The notes below the pieces were generated by a model, which saw only the letters and a list, made by a program, of their open reading frames with translations, ran no database searches and had not been told where the DNA came from. A DNA stretch of 64,000 nucleotides, from positions 1,088,001-1,152,000 of the forward strand of contig CBDCXL010000002.1 in assembly GCA_965223795.1 (NCBI GenBank), written 5' to 3'. Both the position numbers and the translations under genes were made by a program. How positions within the stretch are numbered: position 1 is the first letter of the stretch; each line of letters opens with the position of its first letter. Below, piece by piece: positions 41,732 to 51,242 of this stretch. The stretch is from Nitrospinales bacterium. Lineage in GTDB: Bacteria; Nitrospinota; Nitrospinia; Nitrospinales; VA-1.

Positions 41732-44449
41732 ATGAGTGACTTGTTACAATCCAATCGAACGATCGCCGATTCGTACCGGAACGCGATTGCGAAAACGCTG
41801 TCCCGCGATATCGACCCCTCCGCTCTTTTGACGGCGTCCGGTTCCGACCCACAGAAATTTTATCTGGAATTCAAAAATCATATCAGCGCGATCGTGCAGC
41901 AGGAAACCGAAGCCCTGAAATCGGAAATCCTGCAATCGGACGACTGCCATCTTTTGCTGCTCAAGCGCACGGCGCTGGTGGACGAGATCGTCAAGAAGGC
42001 GTTTCAAACCGCGGTCTGGTATTACAACCACCAGCACGGCACCGCATACCAGGCCTCGGAAGTTCCGATCGCGATCGTGGCGCGGGGCGGTTACGGACGC
42101 GAAGAGATGTTTCTGCGTTCGGATGTGGACATCCACATCGTCATCAACATCACCAAGCAACAGCCGGAAACCGAAGCCATCCCGGACATCAGCAAGTATT
42201 TCGAATATCTGTTCATCTTTCAGGACATCTTCCCGACCGCGAGTCATTCCTGCCTGTTCGAGCTGAGCGGTCTGGAAGAGAATTATCATCCTGACAAGAT
42301 GCACGATTTTTTCGCGCTGCTGGAACACCGCTTCGTCGCGGGCTGCTCCCTGATCTACACCGAATTCAAAAGCGAACTTAAAACCGCAAGCCTTCTGCAC
42401 CAGAAGGACATCCTGAAATACTGCCTGCAGCACAAAACCTATTACGACGTGCAGAACACGGTGTTCCAGCAGGAGCCCAACGTCAAGGAGGAGTTGAGGC
42501 GGCTGTACTGGGCGCTGGCGCTGGTGCGCATACGGCAGAATTTGGAAGCGACCAATCAGTTCGAGCTGCTTGAGGAACTGTACAGGAACAAGACGCTGAA
42601 CAAGACCACCTACCGGAAAATGAATTACGCCTTCCACTTTCTGGCGAAGGTGCGTTTGATTCTGCACGCGCACCAGCCGGGCGCGCACCGGGACGTGATG
42701 AGCTATGAAGTGCGCGAGAAGATCGCCGAGTCGATGGGCTTCGATCTGATCGCGTTTTACAACGAGTATTTCTACAAGGCGGGACTGCCGCTCAAACGCT
42801 ACAGCCGCAATCTGTTTCTGGAAAGCATCGCGTTTGACACCGAGATGCACAAAACGCTTTCCGAGCACTTCGCCATCAACAACGAAAATCAGATCATCTT
42901 CATCGGCAACTCCGAAGCCGCGGCCGCCGCGCCGCTGCACCTGATGCTGGAGGTGTTCGCCTGGGTTTCCGAACACGATTACCTGATTTCCTACCCGGTC
43001 ATGCGGTTTCTGGAAGACCGGCTGATCCAGGCGGGACCGCTCGCGTTCAATGAAAAGGAAACGCAGGCGGTGCGCGGCTATTTCAAGCGCATCATGGAGG
43101 GACGGTATTTTTCCAAAGCGATCCGTCTGCTGCACGAATTCGGCCTGCTCAGCAATTATTTCGTGCCCGACTTTAAAAACATCTGCGGTCTGCTGCAAGA
43201 CATCTACGTGCACAAGTTCCCCACGGACATGCACATCCTTTCGGCGCTGGACGCATTGAACCTGCTCGACACGGACAAAAACGCCGACAAATTCCTGGTG
43301 GATCTGTACCGTTCGCTGAAAGACAAAACCGCGCTCAGGCTTGCGGTGCTGCTGCACGACATCGGCAAGGGAGCGAAGGACAAGTCGGTGAACGAAGAGA
43401 TGATGGGCGCCCGCATGATTCCGGGAATCCTCGCCCACCTGGGCTATGGCGACAAGAAAAAACGGGTGGACAACCTGGCGTTTCTGGTGGAAAAGCACCT
43501 GACCATGTACGATCTGATGCTGCTCGACCCGGAAGCGGACGACACTTACGAGATGGTGTGGGACCTGGTGGAGCACGACCGGGAGCGGCTCAAGATGCTG
43601 GTGCTGATCACTTATGCCGACCGCGCGGGCACCAAGATGAAGATGTCGCCTTCCCAGATCGAGCAGTTGAAAATGTTCTACCAGTACACGCTGCACCACA
43701 AAAAGCACGAGGAGGTGCCCAAGTCGGTCAAGCTGGAGTTTCTGCAGATGGTGCGCCTGCCCAAGGATCTTCAATCGCAGCTGGAAACCTACTACAGTTT
43801 TTCCCGCTCGAGGGAAAAACTGGCGGTGGAGTTTCTGTTCAAACCGGATCAGGCTTCGGAGCTTGTGGTCTGCACGCGCGATCAGAGAGGGCTCTTGTTC
43901 CATGTTTCCACGGTGCTGGCGTTCAACCGGCTCAACATCGTGGAAGCCAACATTCAAACGTTCAAAGACAACGCGTTCGACGTTTTCAAGGTGGTGTCGC
44001 ACGACAACGATCGCATCGACTATTCCAATTTCTTTTTCATCCAAAAGCAGGTGAAAGAGGATTTGAAGCGGATCCTGGTGGACGGGGATTCCTTTTCGTC
44101 GATCTTCAAAGGGCGCACACTCTCCAATGAGCGGGAAAAGAACCCTTACCGCGACGTCAAACTCAAAATCAAAATCATCGGCCGGTCGGTCACCTTGTCG
44201 ACGCACGATCTGATGGGCACGTTCATGATGGAAACGAAGGTGTTCTCGCAGCTCGGCATGGAGATCCAGCGTTCGGTCATCCACACGCAGCAGGGCACCG
44301 CTTCGAATATTTTTTATATCCGGCCGGAGGACGTGGAAAAGATCCACCAAAATCTGCCACAGTTCGAAAAAATGCTGAAGCAGGCCCTTCTGCCCCTGAT
44401 TCAATCGGACCCGCTGTTTCTGGAAGAAACCGTCGTTCCGGTTTCTTGA
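41732..44449 (+). CDS. GlnD-like PII uridylyltransferase/uridylyl-removing enzyme (divergent)
   Basis: ARGGYGR..SDVD nucleotidyltransferase motif, LLHDIGKG HD domain, ACT-like TRDQRGLL; about 905 aa. Confidence 0.8.
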   Translation: MSDLLQSNRTIADSYRNAIAKTLSRDIDPSALLTASGSDPQKFYLEFKNHISAIVQQETEALKSEILQSDDCHLLLLKRTALVDEIVKKAFQTAVWYYNHQHGTAYQASEVPIAIVARGGYGREEMFLRSDVDIHIVINITKQQPETEAIPDISKYFEYLFIFQDIFPTASHSCLFELSGLEENYHPDKMHDFFALLEHRFVAGCSLIYTEFKSELKTASLLHQKDILKYCLQHKTYYDVQNTVFQQEPNVKEELRRLYWALALVRIRQNLEATNQFELLEELYRNKTLNKTTYRKMNYAFHFLAKVRLILHAHQPGAHRDVMSYEVREKIAESMGFDLIAFYNEYFYKAGLPLKRYSRNLFLESIAFDTEMHKTLSEHFAINNENQIIFIGNSEAAAAAPLHLMLEVFAWVSEHDYLISYPVMRFLEDRLIQAGPLAFNEKETQAVRGYFKRIMEGRYFSKAIRLLHEFGLLSNYFVPDFKNICGLLQDIYVHKFPTDMHILSALDALNLLDTDKNADKFLVDLYRSLKDKTALRLAVLLHDIGKGAKDKSVNEEMMGARMIPGILAHLGYGDKKKRVDNLAFLVEKHLTMYDLMLLDPEADDTYEMVWDLVEHDRERLKMLVLITYADRAGTKMKMSPSQIEQLKMFYQYTLHHKKHEEVPKSVKLEFLQMVRLPKDLQSQLETYYSFSRSREKLAVEFLFKPDQASELVVCTRDQRGLLFHVSTVLAFNRLNIVEANIQTFKDNAFDVFKVVSHDNDRIDYSNFFFIQKQVKEDLKRILVDGDSFSSIFKGRTLSNEREKNPYRDVKLKIKIIGRSVTLSTHDLMGTFMMETKVFSQLGMEIQRSVIHTQQGTASNIFYIRPEDVEKIHQNLPQFEKMLKQALLPLIQSDPLFLEETVVPVS

Positions 44450-44474
44450 ATGAATTAAAAAAAGAGAGACGACC

Positions 44475-45146
44475 ATGTGTTCTGAAAAATTCCGTATCCG
44501 AACGCCGCTCCGCGTGCTGTTCTTCGTCATTGTGGGTCTGATCCTGTTGCCGGCGGCGGGAGTATCGGCGGAAACCGCCCAAAGCCTGGCTGATAAAGCG
44601 CAGCAGCTCGACAAGGACGGTTTCTATCGGGAAGCCGTCACGGCCTGGGAAGAAGTCTTAAAATCGCAGCCGCCAAAGGACCTTAAAACGCTCGCCCTGC
44701 TCAAGCTGACGGGCACTTACATGAAACTCAACGAGCCCAACAAGTCGCTCGAAGTCGTCAAACAACTGATCGCCACCTCGCCGGACAATTTCGACGCCCA
44801 GTTTCACCTCGCGAACGCACAAGCCAAGATGAGAAACTTCCCGGAGGCGAGCGAGGCGTTTGCAAAAACCATCGCCCTGCGTCCGGACGAAGGCCTGGGA
44901 TATGTGGGGCTGGCGTTCGCCCTGTTCGGCGACGGCAAGCCGGACGAGGCGATCGCCAATCTTCAGAAGGCAAAAAAAATATTCAAAAAGAATAAAAACA
45001 TCCCCTGGTACCGCGACGCGCGCATCGCAATTGAGCAGATCAAGGGTTTTGCCATCTACCCGCGCAATTTCGCCGACCTCTGGCTGCACAACAATCTGGA
45101 GATGGTCCGCAATACGTATGAAAACAGGGTTTTCCTCAAAGAGTGA
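44475..45146 (+). CDS. Secreted TPR protein
   Basis: Signal peptide and TPR repeats. Confidence 0.8.
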   Translation: MCSEKFRIRTPLRVLFFVIVGLILLPAAGVSAETAQSLADKAQQLDKDGFYREAVTAWEEVLKSQPPKDLKTLALLKLTGTYMKLNEPNKSLEVVKQLIATSPDNFDAQFHLANAQAKMRNFPEASEAFAKTIALRPDEGLGYVGLAFALFGDGKPDEAIANLQKAKKIFKKNKNIPWYRDARIAIEQIKGFAIYPRNFADLWLHNNLEMVRNTYENRVFLKE

Positions 45147-45458
45147 GGCACGGCGCGAACGCTGGAAGGATTCCTGGCGTCTTTACCTTCCGCTACATTA
45201 AAATTTTTTAATCTTCGATTAACTGTTATTTAATTTGCGAAATTTAAAATGGTTTCATTACTTTTCTCCTCCTTTCTGCGGGGATGGATCCGGCGCCACG
45301 ACCGGACCCATCCCCATCTCCTTTCTAAATAATCCTTATTTTACAAAGCATTGTTTTTCCCTGGTCCGGCCCCGCCTGGTCCGTTTTTCCATTGAGCCTG
45401 ATATCGCAAACGGTTTTCTTCCCACCGGGTTGATTCGCGCCTTGTTCTGGAGAGCTTA

Positions 45459-46271
45459 ATGCGGCCGCGTTTTCTGATGTGCCCTCCGAATTATTTTGGA
45501 GTGAAATACACGATCAATCCCTGGATGGAAGGACGCATCGGCACGGTGGACGCAAAACTAGCCCGGGAGCAATGGGACGATTTTTATTTTTCGCTGCGGG
45601 AGGTGGCCGAGGTGCTGCGCATCGAGCCGCAGCTGATGCTGCCGGACATGGTGTTCACGGCCAACGCCGGACTGCTCAAGGGCGAGCTGTTTATCCCCAG
45701 CCGGTTCCGGCACCGGGAGCGGCAGGGGGAGGAACCGCTGTTCAAAGACTGGTTCCGCGCACAGGGTTACAAAATCGCCGAGTGGGACCCGGCCATCCCG
45801 TTCGAGGGCGCGGGGGATGCGCTGTTTCAACCGGGAAGGGATCTTTTGTGGGCGGCGCACGGCTTCCGCACCGATCCTGCGGCGCACACGCGCATCGCGA
45901 ATCAATGGAATATCGAGGTGGTGTCCCTCAGATTGGTGGACCCCCGGTTTTATCACCTGGACACCTGTTTCTGCCCGCTACTGGACGGCAAGGTGTTTTA
46001 TTACCCCAGGGCGTTCGACGCGGCCTCTCAAAAAACCATCGAAAAACGCGTGCCGGAGAAAAACCGCATCGCCATTTCCACCGAGGATGCGGTGGGGTTT
46101 GCCTGCAACGCGGTGCTTGCGGACAACAACCTGTTCATGAATGTCGCCAGCCCGAAACTGCGGGAACGGCTGGAGACGCTGGGCTACGCGGTGATCCTGA
46201 AACCGATGAGCGAGTTTCTGAAAGCGGGCGGCGCCAACAAGTGCCTGACGCTGGAATTGACCGCCTTGTGA
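45459..46271 (+). CDS. Amidinotransferase/dimethylargininase family (arginine dihydrolase-like domain)
   Basis: LMCPP.YF...Y.INPWM, PDMVFTANAG, FEGAGD, FYHLDTCF, GGANKCLTL. Confidence 0.88.
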   Translation: MRPRFLMCPPNYFGVKYTINPWMEGRIGTVDAKLAREQWDDFYFSLREVAEVLRIEPQLMLPDMVFTANAGLLKGELFIPSRFRHRERQGEEPLFKDWFRAQGYKIAEWDPAIPFEGAGDALFQPGRDLLWAAHGFRTDPAAHTRIANQWNIEVVSLRLVDPRFYHLDTCFCPLLDGKVFYYPRAFDAASQKTIEKRVPEKNRIAISTEDAVGFACNAVLADNNLFMNVASPKLRERLETLGYAVILKPMSEFLKAGGANKCLTLELTAL

Positions 46272-46398
46272 GGGTTTCGCCTGCGCCCGTTTCGCCGGGC
46301 GTTTTTCGAAATGGGTTTGGTTTTACCGGCGATTGAGTTACAATCTAGAAGTTAAATCCAATGGTTTAAATGGTTTGTTGTTTTTGGGCCTGCCCGAC

Positions 46399-46911
46399 AT
46401 GAGATTTTCATTCCACAGCCTGGTGGGAGCCGCCGGTCTGTTTCTCTTGAGTCTGCCGCCTGCGAACACACTCGTTTCGGCGGAAGAGAGGATCGAGCTC
46501 TCTGACGGCAGCGTGATCCACGGGAAAATGCGGTCTTTCTCCGGCGGCGTGTACACGATCGACGCACGCCAGGGCGGCACGCTCCGGCTTCCCAGGGACC
46601 GGATCCAGACTTTTCAAAGGATTGAAAACGCTCAGGTTGTCTCGCAAAGCGCCGATCCCAAGCCGGTCCCAAACGCAGGCGACCCCACGCTCCACAAACT
46701 GCAGGAGCGAATGATGCAGGACCCGGAGACGGTGCGGATGATCCAGAATTTGCAAAATGACCCGCAAATGCAAAAGATCCTTCAGGACCCCGAGCTCATG
46801 CGCGCCGTGCAACAGGGCGATGTGAACCGGCTGATGCAGGATCCCAAGTTCATGGAACTGATGAACAACAAGACCGTCGGAGAAATCATCCAGAAAAACC
46901 AGGCTCCCTGA
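46399..46911 (+). CDS. Secreted protein with STI1-like C-terminal domain
   Basis: Signal peptide, IELSDGSVIHG and repeated (M/L)QDP motifs. Confidence 0.65.
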   Translation: MRFSFHSLVGAAGLFLLSLPPANTLVSAEERIELSDGSVIHGKMRSFSGGVYTIDARQGGTLRLPRDRIQTFQRIENAQVVSQSADPKPVPNAGDPTLHKLQERMMQDPETVRMIQNLQNDPQMQKILQDPELMRAVQQGDVNRLMQDPKFMELMNNKTVGEIIQKNQAP

Positions 46912-46951
46912 CCGCCCCGTTTCAACCCACGAACCCTTTTTTAATGGAATC

Positions 46952-47536
46952 ATGAACGAACAATCGCCCAACAATCTGGTCTGGATGGACCTGGAAATGA
47001 CCGGCCTGGATCCGGAGATCGAAACGATCATTGAGATCGCCACCATCGTCACCGACGGCGACCTCAACATCCTGGAGGAGGGCCCCTGCCTGGCCATTCA
47101 CCAGAACGATGAGATTTTAAACCGCATGGACGAATGGAACACGCAGCACCACACCGCATCGGGTCTTGTCGAACGGGTGCGAAACTCGAGGATCACGCTG
47201 CAGGAAGCGGAAAAGAGCACGCTGGCGTTCATCAAGCAGTACTGCCCGGCCAACGCCACGCCCCTGTGCGGCAATTCGATCTCGCACGACCGCCGCTTCC
47301 TGGTCAAATACATGCGCAGCCTGCACGATTACCTGCACTATCGCAGCATCGACGTCACCTCGATCAAGGAGGTGGTGCGGCGCTGGTACCCCAACGGCCC
47401 GAAGTTCCCGAAAAAAAGCCAGGTGCATCTGGCCAACGTCGACGTGCGGGAATCGCTGGAAGAACTCATCTTCTACCGCAAACATTATTTTTCCAACGGC
47501 GCGCGCGAACCCGAAATTTCAACCGGCTCGAACTGA
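46952..47536 (+). CDS. orn: Oligoribonuclease
   Basis: LVWMDLEMTGL, LCGNSI..DRRFL, LHYRSIDV. Confidence 0.95.
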   Translation: MNEQSPNNLVWMDLEMTGLDPEIETIIEIATIVTDGDLNILEEGPCLAIHQNDEILNRMDEWNTQHHTASGLVERVRNSRITLQEAEKSTLAFIKQYCPANATPLCGNSISHDRRFLVKYMRSLHDYLHYRSIDVTSIKEVVRRWYPNGPKFPKKSQVHLANVDVRESLEELIFYRKHYFSNGAREPEISTGSN

Positions 47537-47542
47537 ATCGTC

Positions 47543-47812
47543 ATGAACAAAGGCACGATACTCACGATCTCTTTTCTGCTGTTCGTCAGCTACATGTCCT
47601 TCAAGCTCATCTGGACGGGCAACAAATGGCAGTGCCATGTGTGCATTGTCTACAAGGACCGGGAAGTCTGCCAGGAGATCAAGGGCATGGAAAAAGAGGA
47701 AACGATGATGGTGGGCGTCAGCACCGCCTGCGGCGGCGCCGCCAACGGCATGACCGAATCCATCGAATGCCAGGCCAAGCCGCCGACCAAGATGGAGTGC
47801 AAGGAGCTTTGA
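47543..47812 (+). CDS. Small membrane-anchored Cys-rich protein
   Basis: N-terminal hydrophobic helix and six Cys residues; 89 aa. Confidence 0.65.
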   Translation: MNKGTILTISFLLFVSYMSFKLIWTGNKWQCHVCIVYKDREVCQEIKGMEKEETMMVGVSTACGGAANGMTESIECQAKPPTKMECKEL

Positions 47813-47946
47813 CAACGCACGCCTCGCCACGAAAGCCCGCTCCGCTTCGCACCCGCCGCTCCCTTAAGACTTAAAAGAAAAATTAGACAGGATTGCAGGA
47901 TCAAAGTCCTGGAATAAAAACACGATCCGGGGTGTCTGACACTTTT

Positions 47947-48179
47947 ATCATTCTTCTGTTCTTGCAGTTGGCAATGAAAGCTTGCCTCAGGTCTTTGACA
48001 CTCTGCGTCCTTTGCGTCTTTGCGGTGATCTGATTTTTTGTTTTTGATTTACTGCAAGGTTCAATCGTTTTTCAATGATTTTTTGAAAAGCTTTTTTTAC
48101 CGCAAAGACGCAAAGAAAAGCAGAAATAAAAAACCCTCAAGCCTTGTGCTGTCATTGACCAGGCAGCGAACAGAATGAT
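47947..48179. repeat. Long imperfect palindrome (MITE/REP-like)
   Basis: Perfect 17-bp inverted repeat at 48010-48026/48099-48115, with shorter outer complementary blocks. Confidence 0.65.
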
Positions 48180-48182
48180 TTA

Positions 48183-48231
48183 TCACCCTGAGCCCTTCGA
48201 CAAGCTCAGGACAAGCTCTGTCGAAGGGTGA
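48183..48231. repeat. REP-like palindrome, same family as 39052-39098
   Basis: TCACCCTGAGC-CCTTCGACAAGCTCAGG...CTGTCGAAGGGTGA. Confidence 0.7.
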
Positions 48232-48261
48232 CAATTGTGTGTCATGGGGAAGAAACAGGTT

Positions 48262-48747
48262 TTAAGTTTCTTCTACAACGATGGCCTCTAGAAACTCGAT
48301 GTAGTCCGCAGGCAGTTGCCAGTGGCGGGCGCCGCGCACGAGGTGTCCTTTATAGATGGTGCTGGTGGGATAGATCTGTGTGGGATTGTGGACCTGATAC
48401 AGTTCCACTTTCAGGGTGCTGCCGTTCTTTCCGTTTTCGAACACCACGGTTTCTTTACGGTCGTACGCACCGGCTTTCACTTCTTGTTGCGGATCGTGTC
48501 CTTCGATGCGATCCAGGGTGATGAAATCGTCCGCGTGCATCCGGTACACCACACCCCACACGCTTTTCTCCTCATCGGGGAGCACGTCGGCGACGCCGCA
48601 GCGGCGGCTGGCGCTGGGGGACCAACGGGTGAAGCCGAGGCGGTGTTTTTTCAGTTCGGCCACGCACACGAACTCGGCGGACGGGCAGCGCGCCCGCATC
48701 TGCTCCCAGTCGAGGTTGGAGCCGTAGGCGAAATAAAGGCGGGGCAT
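48262..48747 (-). CDS. Gamma-glutamylcyclotransferase (GGCT/AIG2-like)
   Basis: YFAYGSNL, VWGVVY, LDRIEG. Confidence 0.88.
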   Translation of the reverse strand: MPRLYFAYGSNLDWEQMRARCPSAEFVCVAELKKHRLGFTRWSPSASRRCGVADVLPDEEKSVWGVVYRMHADDFITLDRIEGHDPQQEVKAGAYDRKETVVFENGKNGSTLKVELYQVHNPTQIYPTSTIYKGHLVRGARHWQLPADYIEFLEAIVVEET

Positions 48748-48754
48748 GCGCGGA

Positions 48755-49468
48755 TCAGCCGGGTTCCCCGCACACGAGGTTGTAGACTTCCTGGTATTTT
48801 TCCTCGACGCTGCCGAGGTTGAAACGGAAGCGGTCCTTGTCCATCTTCTCGCCGGTGTCCCAGTTCCACAGCCGGCAGCCGTCCGGACTGATCTCGTCGC
48901 CCAGCAGCACCTCGCCCTTGTGGCGGCCGAACTCGAGCTTGAAATCGACCAGCCGGATGTGGCGCTGCTTGAAAAACTCGAACATCAGCCGGTTGACCTC
49001 CCCGCCCTTCTCTTTGAGGATCTCGATCTCTTCGTCGCTGGCCCAGCCGAAGGTGCGGCAGTGCGATTCGTTGATCATCGGATCGTGCAGCGGATCGTTC
49101 TTGAGGAAGAACTCCAGCGTCGGCGGCTCGAGGATCTTGCCTTCCTCGATGCCGAGGCGCTTGCACAGGCTGCCGGCGGCGACGTTGCGCAGCACCACTT
49201 CCACGGGAATGATGTCGAGCTTTTTCACCAGCATCTCGCGGTCGTTGAGCTGCTCGACGAAATGTGTCGCAATCCCGTTTTTCTCGAGGTACTGGAACAC
49301 TTTCGTGGACACCTGGTTGTTGATGCCGCCCTTATCGACAATGGTGCCTTTCTTGACGCCGTCGAAGGCGGTGGCGTCGTCCTTGAAATACTGGATCACC
49401 AGATCCGGGTTTTCGGTGGCGTAGATGATTTTGGCTTTGCCTTCGTAGAGCTTTTCCTGGCGCTTCAT
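48755..49468 (-). CDS. purC: SAICAR synthetase
   Basis: LYEGKAK, FKDDATAF, DFKLEFG, DEISPD.CR.W, DKDRFR. Confidence 0.97.
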   Translation of the reverse strand: MKRQEKLYEGKAKIIYATENPDLVIQYFKDDATAFDGVKKGTIVDKGGINNQVSTKVFQYLEKNGIATHFVEQLNDREMLVKKLDIIPVEVVLRNVAAGSLCKRLGIEEGKILEPPTLEFFLKNDPLHDPMINESHCRTFGWASDEEIEILKEKGGEVNRLMFEFFKQRHIRLVDFKLEFGRHKGEVLLGDEISPDGCRLWNWDTGEKMDKDRFRFNLGSVEEKYQEVYNLVCGEPG

Positions 49469-49485
49469 GACGTCTCCGTTTGTGT

Positions 49486-50778
49486 TCATCCGAACACGCG
49501 TTTGAAAATGGCGTTCACGTTTTTAAACTGGTTTTTAAGCTGCATCGACTGGTCGATTTCCTTTTGCGTGAGGTGCTGCTTGATCTCCTTGTCGCTTTTG
49601 AGCAGGGCGGCGAAATCCTTGCCCTCTTCCCACACCGGCATGGCGTTGCGCTGCACCAGGCGGTACGCGTCCTCGCGGGTCACGCCCTTGCGGACCAGCG
49701 CCAGCATGACGTTCTGCGAGAACACCAGCCCGCCTGTGCGTTCGAGGTTCCGCATCATGGTGTCAGGATACACCATGAGGTTGTCGATCATGCGGGTCAT
49801 GCGCCTCAGCATGTAGTGGATCAGGATGGTGCTGTCCGGCCCGATGACGCGCTCGACGGAGGAATGGCTGATGTCGCGCTCGTGCCACAGCGGCATGTTC
49901 TCCATGGCGGCGAGGGCGTTGGCGCGCACGAGGCGCGACAGGCCGGACATCTGCTCGGACACCACGGGATTGCGCTTGTGCGGCATGGCCGAGGAGCCTT
50001 TCTGCCCGGCGGAAAAAAATTCCTCGGCCTCGAGCACCTCGGTGCGCTGCAGGTGGCGGACCTCGGTGGCGATCTTGTCGAGCGTTCCCGCCAGGATGGC
50101 GAGGGTGGTGAAGTACTCGGCGTGCCGGTCGCGCTGGATGATCTGGCTGGACACGGGCGCGGGTTTCAGACCCAGCTTCTTGCAGACGTGCGCCTCGACG
50201 GCGGGATCGACGCTGGCGAAGGTGCCCATGGCGCCGGAGATCTGGCCGTAGGCGATGCGCTGCCGGGCGCGCTTCACGCGCTCGATGCTGCGCTGGACCT
50301 CCTCGTACCAGATCGCGAGCTTCAGCCCGAAGGTGATGGGCTCGCCGTGGATGCCGTGCGAGCGGCCGATCATCGGCGTGTTTTTGTGCTCGAGGGCGCG
50401 TTTTTTGATCGCGGCGGCGAAATTCGCCAGTTCCTTGAGGATCAGCGTGGCCGCGTCCTTGAGCTGGACGGCGAAGGCGGTGTCCAGCACGTCCGAGGAG
50501 GTGAGGCCCAGATGCAGAAAACGCGCGGATTCTCCAACGTTTTCGCTGACGCAGGTGAGGAAGGCGATGACGTCGTGCTTGACCTCCTTTTCGATGGCGT
50601 CGATGCGGTCGATGTCGAAGCGGGCCTTCTTCTTGATTTCCTCCACCGCCGAGGCGGGGATTTCCTTACGCTCTGCGAGCGCCTCACAGGCCAGTATTTC
50701 GATTTTCAGCCAGAGATTGAACTTGTGGTCCGGTTCCCAGATTGCGGCCATTTCCGGGAGCGTGTAGCGCTCGATCAC
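49486..50778 (-). CDS. purB: Adenylosuccinate lyase
   Basis: MIERY, KHDVIAF, GRSHG, GSSAMPHKRNP, WHERDISHSS. Confidence 0.97.
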   Translation of the reverse strand: MIERYTLPEMAAIWEPDHKFNLWLKIEILACEALAERKEIPASAVEEIKKKARFDIDRIDAIEKEVKHDVIAFLTCVSENVGESARFLHLGLTSSDVLDTAFAVQLKDAATLILKELANFAAAIKKRALEHKNTPMIGRSHGIHGEPITFGLKLAIWYEEVQRSIERVKRARQRIAYGQISGAMGTFASVDPAVEAHVCKKLGLKPAPVSSQIIQRDRHAEYFTTLAILAGTLDKIATEVRHLQRTEVLEAEEFFSAGQKGSSAMPHKRNPVVSEQMSGLSRLVRANALAAMENMPLWHERDISHSSVERVIGPDSTILIHYMLRRMTRMIDNLMVYPDTMMRNLERTGGLVFSQNVMLALVRKGVTREDAYRLVQRNAMPVWEEGKDFAALLKSDKEIKQHLTQKEIDQSMQLKNQFKNVNAIFKRVFG

Positions 50779-50981
50779 GCTTCAAACCTCACTGGTTGGG
50801 GTTTCAAGATGGGGTTGATGGGTGCAATGCAGTTTTATACAATGCTTTTGCCGGTGACGCGCCAATCTTAAACGCAATCGCGGGTGAAATCAATCCCGGA
50901 GATGCCGTGAATCGCGGCGGGCTCCGGGGGTCGCGCAGCCGCACGCGCGCCGGAAGCCACCGCCCTTTCCAAGGACTCGCT

Positions 50982-51242
50982 ATGTTTAAAATCTGTATTT
51001 TCACATCGGCCGTCGAGAGGCGGGTGTCGCGCAGGACTCCCGTTCCGGCAACGAGGTTCCGCCATGTTTAAAGTCTGTCTATTCACATCGGCTGTCGGGG
51101 GCCGGGCCACATGCCACAATCCCCAGCCCATTCCAGGGTCCCGCCATGTTTAAAATCTGTATTTTCACAGCGGCTGTCGAGAGGCGGGAGTCGCGCAGGA
51201 CTTCCGTTCCGGCAATGAGGTCTCGTTATGTTTAAAGTCTGT
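50982..51242 (+). repeat. 82-bp-period tandem array repeating the ATGTTTAAA(A/G)TCTGT gene start
   Basis: The motif starts at 50982, 51064, 51146 and 51228. Units 1 and 3 are identical at 73 of 82 positions. Confidence 0.9.

Noticed and set aside
41744..44614. 956-aa minus-strand ORF and similar long antisense ORFs (e.g. 28905-30704, 56589-58484, 59932-61689)
   Set aside because: They mirror well-supported genes on the other strand and have no recognisable motifs.
50982..51242. CRISPR array interpretation of the 82-bp repeats
   Set aside because: The putative spacers 1 and 3 are near-identical, the repeat is the start of a protein gene, and no cas genes are present.
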